DNA of 64,000 bases from Giardia intestinalis (taxonomy: Eukaryota), in NCBI GenBank assembly GCA_000002435.2, contig CM018793.1, one strand, 5' to 3'. Within the stretch, counting starts at the first letter, position 1; each line of letters opens with the position of its first letter. Below, in pieces: positions 19,035 to 28,617 of the stretch. The notes beneath the pieces are model-generated. The model did no database searches and had not been told where the DNA came from. It saw only the letters and a program-made list of their open reading frames with translations. The position numbers were made by a program, and so were the translations under genes.

Positions 19035-20063
19035 ATGAGTGCTAGCCTAGGCCGAAGCTGGGCTTCTATGCAAGCGTTGAAGCGTCAGGAAGAAGCTCTG
19101 ACTGCAGAGGTTCTTCACAAGCGGGCAAAGCTCCGCGCACTGCGAACGCTCCTACCGAAGGCAGAGGCCCGTACGGGTCTTTCTAAAGAGTTCGTTAGTA
19201 ATTATTTGAAAAATGCATGCTCCATTGCTGACAAAGATGCAAACTCACACAAGCGCATAGCATTTGTTCAAAGTATTTACACTATTGGGCCAATCGGTTA
19301 CATTGAAAGTGCTCACATGTTTTCGTTCACGGCAGCAAAGAGGTCGCTAGCGGAAAATACATCGCAAACATTGCATTTCTTCCCTCCTTATCTACCATCA
19401 ATTATTTCACGTTTGTCCTCCACACCCATGGGGTATGTGCGTATTCTGTACTGCTTTTCGAAGAATTATACATTTAGGCCTAAAGTACCAGCCCCTGGAT
19501 CAGTATCTGTCGGCCTTTTTTCAACAAGATCCCCATCACGGCCAAATCAAATTGCAATGTCCTATGCTTATATTTCTGGGTCTATAAACCCTGAGGGTTT
19601 GCTACCAGTAGTAGGGCTAGATGCACTCCATCAATCTCCAATACTTAGTGTTGAGTTTTTTCCCAGCCAAGTATGTCAGCCCACAATTTCTCTCATAGAT
19701 GTTCAACTTTCAAGGTCAAATAGTCATGATAGCGATAGATGGTTTTCAGAAAAGACGTTTAAAACGCAAGAAATCAGATTGCAAATCCAGGATGATGCTC
19801 TACATGTATTTAATCGCATAGTATCCAGCACCCCTGGATACAAGCACTTACAGCCGGAATCCTTCATACGAAGCAAGCTCTGCGCAGGAACTAAAAACTC
19901 TCGATGGATGCCTAAGAAGGGGACCATAGGTTTTGGAAAGTACCGAATAGCATACTCTGTTGACTTCTCCACAGACAAGGCTCATGGTTCTCCAATACAG
20001 AATGTAACAGTTACACATATTTATGAGTTCTCAAATACTCAGAATGCTATACGTAAAGCTTAA
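19035..20063 (+). CDS. Hypothetical protein, 342 aa.
   Basis: ATG verified. No recognisable motif. Confidence 0.45.
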   Translation: MSASLGRSWASMQALKRQEEALTAEVLHKRAKLRALRTLLPKAEARTGLSKEFVSNYLKNACSIADKDANSHKRIAFVQSIYTIGPIGYIESAHMFSFTAAKRSLAENTSQTLHFFPPYLPSIISRLSSTPMGYVRILYCFSKNYTFRPKVPAPGSVSVGLFSTRSPSRPNQIAMSYAYISGSINPEGLLPVVGLDALHQSPILSVEFFPSQVCQPTISLIDVQLSRSNSHDSDRWFSEKTFKTQEIRLQIQDDALHVFNRIVSSTPGYKHLQPESFIRSKLCAGTKNSRWMPKKGTIGFGKYRIAYSVDFSTDKAHGSPIQNVTVTHIYEFSNTQNAIRKA

Positions 20064-20213
20064 GCTGATGACTGGAACATCAGCAACTGGATAATACAGA
20101 CTGGAAGCAGGGTTGCGGCACTTCGTGTACTTCTTCGAGTTGAGGAGCTTGCGGATCTCGCCCAGGCACTTCTCGAGGGACTTGTTCAGCTGTTCCTCCG
20201 AGATCTCCGCCCC

Positions 20214-20768
20214 CTAGTCGATCCCCGAGCAGGAGAGGGAGTAGAACGCCTCGAAGAACGAGCGGAAGATGGCCATGTTGTGGCTCTTGACCTCGGCCTG
20301 CTGCGACTTCTTGGCCATCTCGGTGTAGGTGGCCGCGACCCTCTGCCGGAGCTGCTCCAGCATCGCCGCGTCCATCGTCTCGATGGTCTTCAGCCGGAGG
20401 ACCTTGGCCGCCTCGAACTGCTTCGCCCTGGAGGCGTGGTTGAGGGCGGAGAGCTTGCCGGCGTCCCGCAGCCTCCCCTCCTTCTCGAAAAGGGCCTGGA
20501 TCAGCTCGAGGTTCCCCCTCTTTGCCGCCGCGATCAGCGCGAAGGACCCGTCGTTCGAGACCAGGCCCGCCTCTGCGTCGACCAGCTCCAGGGCGACGGC
20601 GGTGTGCCCGGCTTCGGCGGCCCACATGAGCGCCGTCTTCCCGTCTGCGTCCCTCTGGCCTGCGTCCGCGGCCTTGTGGGCCCTGACGTAGTCCAGCCTG
20701 TTCTCCTTGGCCGCCTCAATAAATGCCATTCTTTGCTCCCCGTGCGATCGCGGCTCTTCATAAGACAT
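20214..20768 (-). CDS. Small ankyrin-repeat protein (Protein 21.1-like), 184 aa to the TAG. GC3 is nearly 100% and the ORF continues in frame beyond the TAG.
   Basis: Ankyrin repeats DGKTALMWAAEAGHTAVALELV and GSFALIAAAKRGNLELIQALF. ATG at 20766-20768. Nearly every codon ends in G or C. After TAG (20214-20216) the same frame reads GAEISEEQLNKSLEKCLGEIRKLLNSKKYTKCRN with the same GC3 bias down to about 20110. Confidence 0.6.
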   Translation of the reverse strand: MSYEEPRSHGEQRMAFIEAAKENRLDYVRAHKAADAGQRDADGKTALMWAAEAGHTAVALELVDAEAGLVSNDGSFALIAAAKRGNLELIQALFEKEGRLRDAGKLSALNHASRAKQFEAAKVLRLKTIETMDAAMLEQLRQRVAATYTEMAKKSQQAEVKSHNMAIFRSFFEAFYSLSCSGID

Positions 20769-20888
20769 ATTGATAGAAAACTTGGAGGCGTTGTTTCATG
20801 GCACTTTGGCACGGCCAGAAGCATGGGGCGCTGGTCCGTAGGGCCTGTTCTCCAGGGCCTTCTGCTTCTCGTGAAGGGAACGACGGGT

Positions 20889-22982
20889 TTACTCGTGAGA
20901 TCGTGGAGCAGCTTGGTGATCGTTGCAGTCGTCGGCGCCCGGTGTACGGCTGTTCCTAAGGAAGGATGCTATCTCAGAGTAGCCATCATTCTCAAGCTCA
21001 CCAAAGAAGGATTCGTCAGACTTGTCTATTAGATGCCCCTCCTTTTCAAATAGCAGCTTCACTACCTCTAAGTGGCCATTTACCGCCCCACATTCAAGGG
21101 CAGTCATCTCCTCCATATTCTTTACACCCCCCTCCAGATCTACTAACAATTTTACTATTTCTACGTTTCCCGCAGAAGCCGCGTTCATAAGTGCAGTCGT
21201 TTCTGATCCGTCTCTCATACCCCCCTCCAGACCTACTAACAATTTTACTATTTCTACGTTTCCCACAGAAGCTGCAATCATAAGTGCAGTTACACCGAAT
21301 ATGTCTTGTGCACCACCGTCATATTTAATTACCAACTTTGCTGTCTCTATGCAACCGCGTATAGCCGCTCGCATAAGCCTTGTTCTGCCGAGTTTGTCGG
21401 TTGACTCAAGAATATTCGCAACAATTTCGTGCCTCGCCTCCCCCGCAATCATCAGAGCCGTGTTGCCTTCGCTGTCGATTAAGTCCCTCTCATATGGGAC
21501 TAGAACAGAGGCAGCTTCTGCATGACCCTCCTCTGCAATGATCATCAGAGCAGTGCGATTGTTGTTATTTCTTCTCCCATGTTCGTAAGGGGCGAGAATT
21601 TCAACTATCTCGGAGTGGTTGCAATGTGCGGCGTGCATGAGTGCAGTCCAGCCATTGTTGTCCTTGAGACCCTTCTCCTTCTCAACAAGCAGCTTGACAG
21701 GACCAATGTGCCCCTGCTGGGCCGCGTGCATGAGGGCCGTCATCTTCTGCTCGTCGCGCTGGCCGATACAATCTTCATCGTTGGCCAGGATCCGGATGGT
21801 CTCCATGTCATTCGTGTGTGCAGCGTATATCAGTTGAGGCAGCGTGGAGAGGTTGGTCTGGGAGTCAGCCCTGTTCATCTCACTACTAAATTTTGTGAAT
21901 CTATTCTCCAGTGCCTTAATCATGGCTAAATGTTTCTTGCATTGATATTCAAGCACGTCGATCCTGGCGGTCTTAAGTCGGGGCCCCTGTCCTAGGGCGT
22001 CGGCTCCACTTAACCTGTTCTCGAGGGCTGCCTCAAGAGCAGTGATCCTGGCATTAGTACTGTTCAAAGCAGTCTCCAAGGCGCTGCATTTGTCTTCTAG
22101 TGCCATATACCAATGCCCCAGCTCACCAACTGGGATGTCAGCCGCAGTGAGCGTCTCGTGCAGCTCCCTGGCTGTCAGTCTTTCCTTTGGCTCCAGCACG
22201 AATATCCTCTCCAGAACATTCTTTATGAAGCCATCAGCGACACCGCTCAGGTCCGGTGTCCACTCGTCAACGAAGACCTCTGCCGGCTCCTTGCCCCCCA
22301 AGAAGTTCGGTCTCCTCAAAGTTACTAGTTCATAAATGATGACCCCGAGGCTCCACACGTCGGAGGCGGGGCTGGTATCGTTGCGGAGGAGCACCTCGGG
22401 GGCCACGTATGCCATTATTCCTATGAGAGTGCTCCCGCTCCACAGGGCGTCCTTGCAGAGGCCGAAGTCGGCGATGACGAAGCGCTCTCCGTCTGCGCTG
22501 ATAAGGACATTGGCAGGCCTGAGATCACAGTGGACGAGGCCTCTAGTGTTTGCTCCATTGACGCTGTGGAGGTAGGCGAGGGCGGCAGCGACCTGCCTCA
22601 GGACGGAGAGAATCATAGCGATAGGGACGGGGATCTTCCTTCGTTTGTGCTCGGCGAGGAGGTGCTCAAGGGTCTTGTTATACCGGTCCGTGACGACGTA
22701 GATGAGGCCCTTGTACTCGATCACCTGATAGTGCTTGAGAACTCCTATGTAGGAGAGGGTAAGGAGGACGGTCAATTTGGCTTTTGCGGCGTCTACACTG
22801 TCCTTGTCCAAGCCACTGAGCTGGATGACTTTTACAGCGAGACTCGGATAGTCCTTGAGAGAGTAGACTGTTCCCGCGGCACTTTCACTAAGCACATCAT
22901 CCAGCCCCTCGTAGAGCTCCCTGGGGGTGAACTGCGGGGCACTGAGAGCTGTTGTTGCAGGCTCAGACGAGGCAGCGTGCAT
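20889..22982 (-). CDS. NEK-like protein kinase (catalytic residues retained) with a coiled-coil linker and a C-terminal ankyrin-repeat array.
   Basis: AVKVI (beta3 Lys), HCDLRPANVL (catalytic loop), ADFGL, AYVAPE and DVWSLGVIIYE are all present. The coiled-coil is ALEDKCSALETALNSTNARITALEAALENRL. About eight or more TALM-type ankyrin repeats follow. An AT-rich tract (aaaataataaaa) abuts the ATG. Confidence 0.75.
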   Translation of the reverse strand: MHAASSEPATTALSAPQFTPRELYEGLDDVLSESAAGTVYSLKDYPSLAVKVIQLSGLDKDSVDAAKAKLTVLLTLSYIGVLKHYQVIEYKGLIYVVTDRYNKTLEHLLAEHKRRKIPVPIAMILSVLRQVAAALAYLHSVNGANTRGLVHCDLRPANVLISADGERFVIADFGLCKDALWSGSTLIGIMAYVAPEVLLRNDTSPASDVWSLGVIIYELVTLRRPNFLGGKEPAEVFVDEWTPDLSGVADGFIKNVLERIFVLEPKERLTARELHETLTAADIPVGELGHWYMALEDKCSALETALNSTNARITALEAALENRLSGADALGQGPRLKTARIDVLEYQCKKHLAMIKALENRFTKFSSEMNRADSQTNLSTLPQLIYAAHTNDMETIRILANDEDCIGQRDEQKMTALMHAAQQGHIGPVKLLVEKEKGLKDNNGWTALMHAAHCNHSEIVEILAPYEHGRRNNNNRTALMIIAEEGHAEAASVLVPYERDLIDSEGNTALMIAGEARHEIVANILESTDKLGRTRLMRAAIRGCIETAKLVIKYDGGAQDIFGVTALMIAASVGNVEIVKLLVGLEGGMRDGSETTALMNAASAGNVEIVKLLVDLEGGVKNMEEMTALECGAVNGHLEVVKLLFEKEGHLIDKSDESFFGELENDGYSEIASFLRNSRTPGADDCNDHQAAPRSHE

Positions 22983-23286
22983 CCTGGTTTTATTATTTTG
23001 GTAATCTGCCGTTTTGGAAACGGGCCGTTTTACATGGGTTCATATCTATAGGTCTACAGCAGTCCCGTGCCTGTATGGGCTTCTGTATCAGGGGCAAGAA
23101 GACCATCTGTGCAACCGTTTCACCCACCCCTGGCGCTCCAGTGCTGGCCGGGGGCGGAAGGACTGCTCCCCTGACCTCTGCGGAAACGGGCAGCTGTGTG
23201 ACCCACTGACGGCCACCACTTCATTAGTGTGTCTGTTCGCTGCATAGCTGGAGAGGCCCTAGTACACTATCGAATGCAATCAACAG

Positions 23287-24006
23287 TTAAGCGCGTTCAC
23301 TCACAAGTTTCCTGGGCGGCATCTGTAAGTATGGATCTACAATACCCTCACTCTCGAGAAAAGATGCTACCTCGGAGTGATTCCATCTATTGGCCGTACG
23401 GATGGCATGTACGCCACCTATGTCCCTCTCCTTCTCCAGTAGCAACTTGACACAGTCCAGATGATCATGCCCTGCTGCAAGCACGAGGGCAGTAAAACCT
23501 CTGCCTTTCTGCATGCCTCCCTCAGCATCCAGGAGCAGTCTCACGACCTCGGTGCGGCCAACAAGTGCCGCCCACATGAGGGCCGTATGCTCATTGCTGC
23601 TCCTCATGCCGCCCTCGCACCTCATCAGCAGCTTTACTACTTTGGTGTGTCCGAGCACCGCAGCGACCATCAGGGCCGTCCCCCCACTTATGTCTTTCCT
23701 CCCTGCCTTGACAAGCTTTGCCACCATCCTTGCCTGATAAGGGATGTAGCGCTTCACCGCTTTCACGTCGTTCCTGCTGGCTGCCTTCATAAGTGTGGTG
23801 ACGCCGTCCTCGTCCACACTGCCTTCATCATCCATTTCTGAAGACTCAGTTGGGTTTCCTGCGCCCTCTTCGCTCGTGTCCTTCTCGGGCGCGAGGGGCG
23901 GGGCGCAGTCGTGCTCCTGAAGGAACTGACTTGAATCATCCGCAGACGACATTTTTATCTCACATATTATAAAGGAAACGCATGTACTGGTAAACTTGCG
24001 ATTCAT
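23287..24006 (-). CDS. Ankyrin-repeat protein (Protein 21.1-like) with an acidic N-terminus.
   Basis: TALMVAAVLGHTKVVKLL, TALMWAALVGRTEVVRLL and TALVLAAGHDHLDCVKLL repeats. ATG at 24004-24006; a second in-frame ATG 18 codons in (MSSADD...) is an alternative start. Confidence 0.65.
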   Translation of the reverse strand: MNRKFTSTCVSFIICEIKMSSADDSSQFLQEHDCAPPLAPEKDTSEEGAGNPTESSEMDDEGSVDEDGVTTLMKAASRNDVKAVKRYIPYQARMVAKLVKAGRKDISGGTALMVAAVLGHTKVVKLLMRCEGGMRSSNEHTALMWAALVGRTEVVRLLLDAEGGMQKGRGFTALVLAAGHDHLDCVKLLLEKERDIGGVHAIRTANRWNHSEVASFLESEGIVDPYLQMPPRKLVSERA

Positions 24007-24211
24007 GGTAATGTTTACAGTTCATCCAGATAGCGCATCATAAGCGGGCTGCACGCCGTGGATTCCTTTTTGCTCTTTCTGTTGGCAGTACCGCTGAGCA
24101 TCCTTCAAAAGAGGATAACCTTAGAAATATGCAAACAAACATTTACATTGAGTAGTCTATTGATATATCTTTTGCTGCTTCACAGTAGCGCGGTTTCCAC
24201 TAAATAATAAA

Positions 24212-24967
24212 ATGGCTGCGCGAAATCTGGATGCAACCAATCAAAAGTTGGACCCACAGGTAGGTAAAAAGGATGATGACATGGGGTTTCCGTATCCAAA
24301 GATGTTCATCTCTATATCAGGGCTGATAGGTGCTGGAAAGACGACCTTGGCAGAAGAGCTCGCCAAGGAGATGGGATTTCCTGTTTACTACGAGCCCGTT
24401 GAAGATAACATCTATTTGGAAGACTTCTACAAAGACATGAAGACGTATGGCTTCCCCATGCAGGTTTACCTACTCAACAAACGTTACCAACAGCACCAGC
24501 AAATCATCTGGAGTGGAGAGGGCGCCGTACAGGATAGATCCATATACGAAGACGCCGTCTTTGCGCGCATTCTTGTGAAGCAGGGGAACATGTCGAAGCG
24601 CGACTATAAGACCTACACCGATCTATACAACAATATGAGCAAGTACTTGACACACCCAAACTTTCTGATTCACTTAGATGTCACACCCGAAGAATCCTTG
24701 GAAAGAATCAAGGAAAGATCACGCAACTGTGAAGCAGGAATACCCCTTTCTTATTTGCAGGACCTCTACGATGAATATAACATTTTCCTTGCCGAGATAT
24801 CCAAAAGAATCCCAGTAATACGCATAAGGTGGGCCAACTATCGCAGCGCAAAGGAGCTGGCCATGCGCGTGTATGCCGAGATGAAGAAACACCAAGCCAT
24901 CGTAGACGTCCCGTTCGACGGAACGATGACAGCTCCCATTCCTCAATCTTCTTCCAATTTCTATTAA
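24212..24967 (+). CDS. Deoxyribonucleoside kinase of the dCK/dGK/TK2 (dNK) family.
   Basis: P-loop ISGLIGAGKTTLAEEL, YYEPVEDN, the DRS motif QDRSIYED, and the Arg-rich lid LERIKERSRNCE. Length 251 aa. ATG preceded by taaataataaa. Confidence 0.85.
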   Translation: MAARNLDATNQKLDPQVGKKDDDMGFPYPKMFISISGLIGAGKTTLAEELAKEMGFPVYYEPVEDNIYLEDFYKDMKTYGFPMQVYLLNKRYQQHQQIIWSGEGAVQDRSIYEDAVFARILVKQGNMSKRDYKTYTDLYNNMSKYLTHPNFLIHLDVTPEESLERIKERSRNCEAGIPLSYLQDLYDEYNIFLAEISKRIPVIRIRWANYRSAKELAMRVYAEMKKHQAIVDVPFDGTMTAPIPQSSSNFY

Positions 24968-25055
24968 TTAATTACGGTAATGAGCTTGACAAATTCTAAA
25001 AACGTCTTAAAAATAAATTCTGTTCGATTTCATTTTGACAATTGTTTTTAAGAAT

Positions 25056-26528
25056 TTAAGAAATGAGCCTCGATTTATAGTCTGCAAGTATGGCGCGGAG
25101 AGTCTCTGCCTGAGCATTTTTGTGCTCGAGCTGGGCGACAAGCTCTTCCCTTTGCATCTTGAGTGAGATAATTTCTAGTTGCATAGTCTGGGGGTATGGA
25201 GTCGTTGCAAGCTCAGCAGCTTTTCTATCTATGGCTGCTTCTATCAGCTTCATTTGGCTGTTAATGTGCCCTAGCTCCTTCAATACAGCGTCATAAGAGT
25301 CCATGTACTGAGTGAGGAGTCGTTCGTCCTCGACGGTGAGAGATGCCTGCTGGGAAGGCTCTTCCGTACATGAATAGACAGATATATCTTTTGGGATATC
25401 AAGCTTACCAAATGGCTGGCTAAAGGTCTTGGTTCCATGGGGTTGGGCCTTTTGCAGAGTGCGAGGCTGGGCACGCGGAGGCACAGGTCCGGTCCCAAAT
25501 CTAGAACTGGACCTGGGCTTGGACTCTTGTAGAGATTGTACGCCAGTCCCTTTCTTACGTTCAGGACCAGTATTTGTGCTTAGAGTATGAGAGTTAGGGT
25601 CATTCCTTCTATCATGAATAGCTGCGCAAATTGGATTGGCGCGAATTGGATTGGGGAGGACTAAATCTATAGGTTCCAAGGTGTGGCGATCCGGCTCCTT
25701 CGAGTCAATAGCAGGCGTAGCAGGTGCAAAAGCTGAGTTTAAAAGGGTTCTACGATCCTTGAGGACACCTTGTAAGTATGCCTCTTCTGCTTTTTTGGCT
25801 ACTGCAGATGCACGTCTGGTATCTTCAGCACGCACAAAGCCTATGCCTTGTTCAATGATATAACGCATAAGCAGCGTTGCCTTCTGGGTGGAGTAATACT
25901 CTAGGGCCTCTTGAACATCTTTACGTCGCTGAGTAGCTTTCTGGTGAGCCTCCCTTAAGCTCCAGAATGCGTCCTTCATCAGTGTTCTAAAAGTCTTAGC
26001 TGTCAAGTGGTGGAGCCGTGGCTGCAGGGCTAAAATAGCCTGAGATTTCATATGCCATGCAGTAAATGCAAGACGCAATTCTCGGGCTGTCCAATAATCA
26101 TCCGCATAGGCGTAGATTTTGATTGTCTGTTGGGCATTTGCAGCCGTTCTCCAGAGGGAAAGAAGGTTCCCCAACATAGGAATCTGGTTTCGTCGGTAGT
26201 GCTCGTCCGCTCGTATCTCCATCGATACAACGCAAACATACCGACGTTTCCAAGAGCCGAACGCGATCCGAGTTAGCATAACAGTGTAAAACTCCTCTGC
26301 AAACAGAGTCATCTGAGGAACCGTTTCGTAAACAAACGTGACCCATTGGTGAATGCAGCTTGTTAGGCGCCAACGGACGAAGAACAAGAGGGCCTTGTCT
26401 GTTTGCAGCTTTAGATGTACAGCGGATTGGTTCTTTTCCTTAACGTACCGCACCCATCTATGAAAGAAGCGAGCGCGTAAATGCTTGACGTAGAAGTGTA
26501 GAGCTTCTGACGTAAGATTGTAACTCAT
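25056..26528 (-). CDS. Sfi1-like centrin-binding repeat protein with a C-terminal coiled coil. Start moved to the ATG at 26526-26528.
   Basis: Six or seven repeats at ~28-33 residue spacing with the pattern (F/L)xxW(R/K/H): FFHRWVRY, LFFVRWRL, AFGSWKRR, LLSLWRTA, AFTAWHMK, AFWSLREA. These match the Sfi1 repeat consensus AX7LLX3(F/L)X2W(K/R). The C-terminal 90 aa are coiled-coil-like (LKELGHINSQMKLIEAAIDRKAAELA...). The track start 26558 is TTG. Confidence 0.45.
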   Translation of the reverse strand: MSYNLTSEALHFYVKHLRARFFHRWVRYVKEKNQSAVHLKLQTDKALLFFVRWRLTSCIHQWVTFVYETVPQMTLFAEEFYTVMLTRIAFGSWKRRYVCVVSMEIRADEHYRRNQIPMLGNLLSLWRTAANAQQTIKIYAYADDYWTARELRLAFTAWHMKSQAILALQPRLHHLTAKTFRTLMKDAFWSLREAHQKATQRRKDVQEALEYYSTQKATLLMRYIIEQGIGFVRAEDTRRASAVAKKAEEAYLQGVLKDRRTLLNSAFAPATPAIDSKEPDRHTLEPIDLVLPNPIRANPICAAIHDRRNDPNSHTLSTNTGPERKKGTGVQSLQESKPRSSSRFGTGPVPPRAQPRTLQKAQPHGTKTFSQPFGKLDIPKDISVYSCTEEPSQQASLTVEDERLLTQYMDSYDAVLKELGHINSQMKLIEAAIDRKAAELATTPYPQTMQLEIISLKMQREELVAQLEHKNAQAETLRAILADYKSRLIS

Positions 26529-26589
26529 CGCCCAGAATGAGCATAAAAGCTTTATCAAAATTTAATAGCAGAATTCCTAGCATCATAAA

Positions 26590-28617
26590 ATGACGGAGCA
26601 AATAGACTCCACGCCAACATCTCCGACCCCATCCGTAGAAGGCAAAGTGGGGAGCAAAGTCATATCCATTCTATGCGATAGCATTCGTTGTGACACTGAA
26701 GATGCCATTCACAACGCGGCGCTAAGCATAATGCTAGACTACCACACTCGTAAGGACTCGTGGAAGCCCAGGTCAAATTCATCCTCCTGTGATGTAAGCA
26801 TCACGGAGACCAAGATTAGCAAGCACACGGTTGTTAATATTATTGAGCAAGGGCCAGCCAGCTCTGTCACAATAATCTCTTCAAATAGAACTGCAGATCA
26901 AGAGGATCCATCAGTGAATGAATCCACTCCCCTAAACCCCGATAATTCACAGTTAACAGCGGATTATGAGCCAGATTTCATAGCAGATACGCAGAGCACC
27001 AGAAGGCCCATCTCCGCAAATACCCTACGAAGTCCACATAGTGAGAAACCAGAGATAGTAAGAGCCGCAGCAATACCCCGTAAGCACTCTGCTCTAACCA
27101 ATCACGCAGATATGCCCCCCAAGAGTTTTAAGCTGTCATCAGCCTCGACTGCGATCCCTCTTTCTAGACCAGAAAAAAAGGGTACATCGAACCAGGACAT
27201 GACTATTCCTTGTCAAACAGGTGCTCTCCACGGTCCGCCAGGATCTCGTAATGTACAACGTGTAGGAAATCCATCGCAGAAAAGAAAAAATATCACTACA
27301 GAGGTAATTCTTTTGCCTTCTACACGAGGGTCTTCAGAGCCTCTTCGTCAAAAGACTCAGCAAGCAGAGCCTGTTACACGCTTCCCACCTCGAAGTCAGA
27401 GTCCAGCTGTCTCTGACTCGATAGATAAATCCGCTCCACTTGCGCCCAAGGATCTGCATATCCAAAATACTTATGATGCTCCTCGTCAGCAAGAGCAACA
27501 GCGGCAAGAACGACAGCTCAGAACTTCCCTTGGAAAGCAAGACAAGCCCAAAGCAGATGAATTAGAGACTAGTCCCTGCGATACGCCGACCTATAGTAAT
27601 CCAATGTCTTTTCGAAAAGAGGTACCTCAGCGTCAAGCAACTGCTCCACAACCGAGTACTGAGCAGAAGAAGCAGGAAGAGCCACAGCCCCAGAGTGACG
27701 TTAACCCACAAGTTATATGTCTTCCAACAATCCACAGATATAACTCCCCCCAGCTCCTTTCTTCGTCGCGTAAGCCTTCGCGGAAATCACAGGATTTAGA
27801 AGGTTCGTCTATCTCTAGTACAAGCTCGTGCCAACCGGCTAATCAATCTTCTCCTAGATTGCCACAACCAAATGACCCCTCTTTGAAAGAGCATGTTGCA
27901 AAGCCTGTTGAGCAGAAAAAGGGCACAGATATTGACGACGTTGATCCGGGAGAAATCTGGCCCCGCTATGATGCGGGTTATGCAGACTATTTGAGGTACA
28001 TGGGAAAGGGCATGGGTCCCTGGGACGGAAATTTGGATACAACATGGGATCTCTCTACAATAAATTACACCGTCTACGACGACGAACCAGGGCAGCTACC
28101 AATCAATACCGCAAATCCCAAATATGTCTCTACGAAGTTACCAATCAATCCACAAGGTTACGTCATTCCACCAGGTCCGCCACCTGCGCAGGACTATGAA
28201 TATGAAGAAGGTGAGTGCTTGCCCAATGGGGCACTCGCTGATGGATATGCTGTCCACTATTTCAAGCATAGCCATTACATGGGTGCAGGGCAAGCCAGTA
28301 ATAACTATAGAGCTATTACTAGTGATGGCGTAACATACGACTACAATAGGCCGCAGCAGCCGTACCTTAATGGAATTATGTATAGGCAGCAGTACGGGAA
28401 CTACGTGGCTAATAACCCCTACTCACAGAGTGCTATTAATTGTGGACGCAATTATTATTACCAGCAACGCCTCCACGAGCAACAGATCCATGACGCGGCT
28501 ATTCAGGAGCAACAAAATAGATACCTCTACTCACTTCATCAATATGCCCAGTCAACAGAAGCGATCATGCCACCTTCATACCGCCAGCGGTATCAAGGGG
28601 GTCATCCAGATGAGTAG
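26590..28617 (+). CDS. Low-complexity S/T/P/Q-rich protein with a C-terminal Tyr/Gln/Asn-rich (prion-like) segment.
   Basis: ATG verified. The last ~130 aa are rich in Y, Q and N (NYYYQQRLHEQQIHDAAIQEQQNRYLYSLHQYAQ). No globular domain recognised. Confidence 0.45.
   Translation: MTEQIDSTPTSPTPSVEGKVGSKVISILCDSIRCDTEDAIHNAALSIMLDYHTRKDSWKPRSNSSSCDVSITETKISKHTVVNIIEQGPASSVTIISSNRTADQEDPSVNESTPLNPDNSQLTADYEPDFIADTQSTRRPISANTLRSPHSEKPEIVRAAAIPRKHSALTNHADMPPKSFKLSSASTAIPLSRPEKKGTSNQDMTIPCQTGALHGPPGSRNVQRVGNPSQKRKNITTEVILLPSTRGSSEPLRQKTQQAEPVTRFPPRSQSPAVSDSIDKSAPLAPKDLHIQNTYDAPRQQEQQRQERQLRTSLGKQDKPKADELETSPCDTPTYSNPMSFRKEVPQRQATAPQPSTEQKKQEEPQPQSDVNPQVICLPTIHRYNSPQLLSSSRKPSRKSQDLEGSSISSTSSCQPANQSSPRLPQPNDPSLKEHVAKPVEQKKGTDIDDVDPGEIWPRYDAGYADYLRYMGKGMGPWDGNLDTTWDLSTINYTVYDDEPGQLPINTANPKYVSTKLPINPQGYVIPPGPPPAQDYEYEEGECLPNGALADGYAVHYFKHSHYMGAGQASNNYRAITSDGVTYDYNRPQQPYLNGIMYRQQYGNYVANNPYSQSAINCGRNYYYQQRLHEQQIHDAAIQEQQNRYLYSLHQYAQSTEAIMPPSYRQRYQGGHPDE

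Noticed and set aside
20080-21032. Overlapping ORFs 20080-20625(-), 20280-21032(+), 20329-20691(+) and 20534-20824(-) with Arg/Gly/Pro-rich translations.
   Set aside because: They are alternative-frame or antisense readings of the GC3-saturated ankyrin gene. Their translations are low-complexity nonsense. Only the 20768 to 20214 frame, and its extension, shows ankyrin repeats and coherent codon bias.
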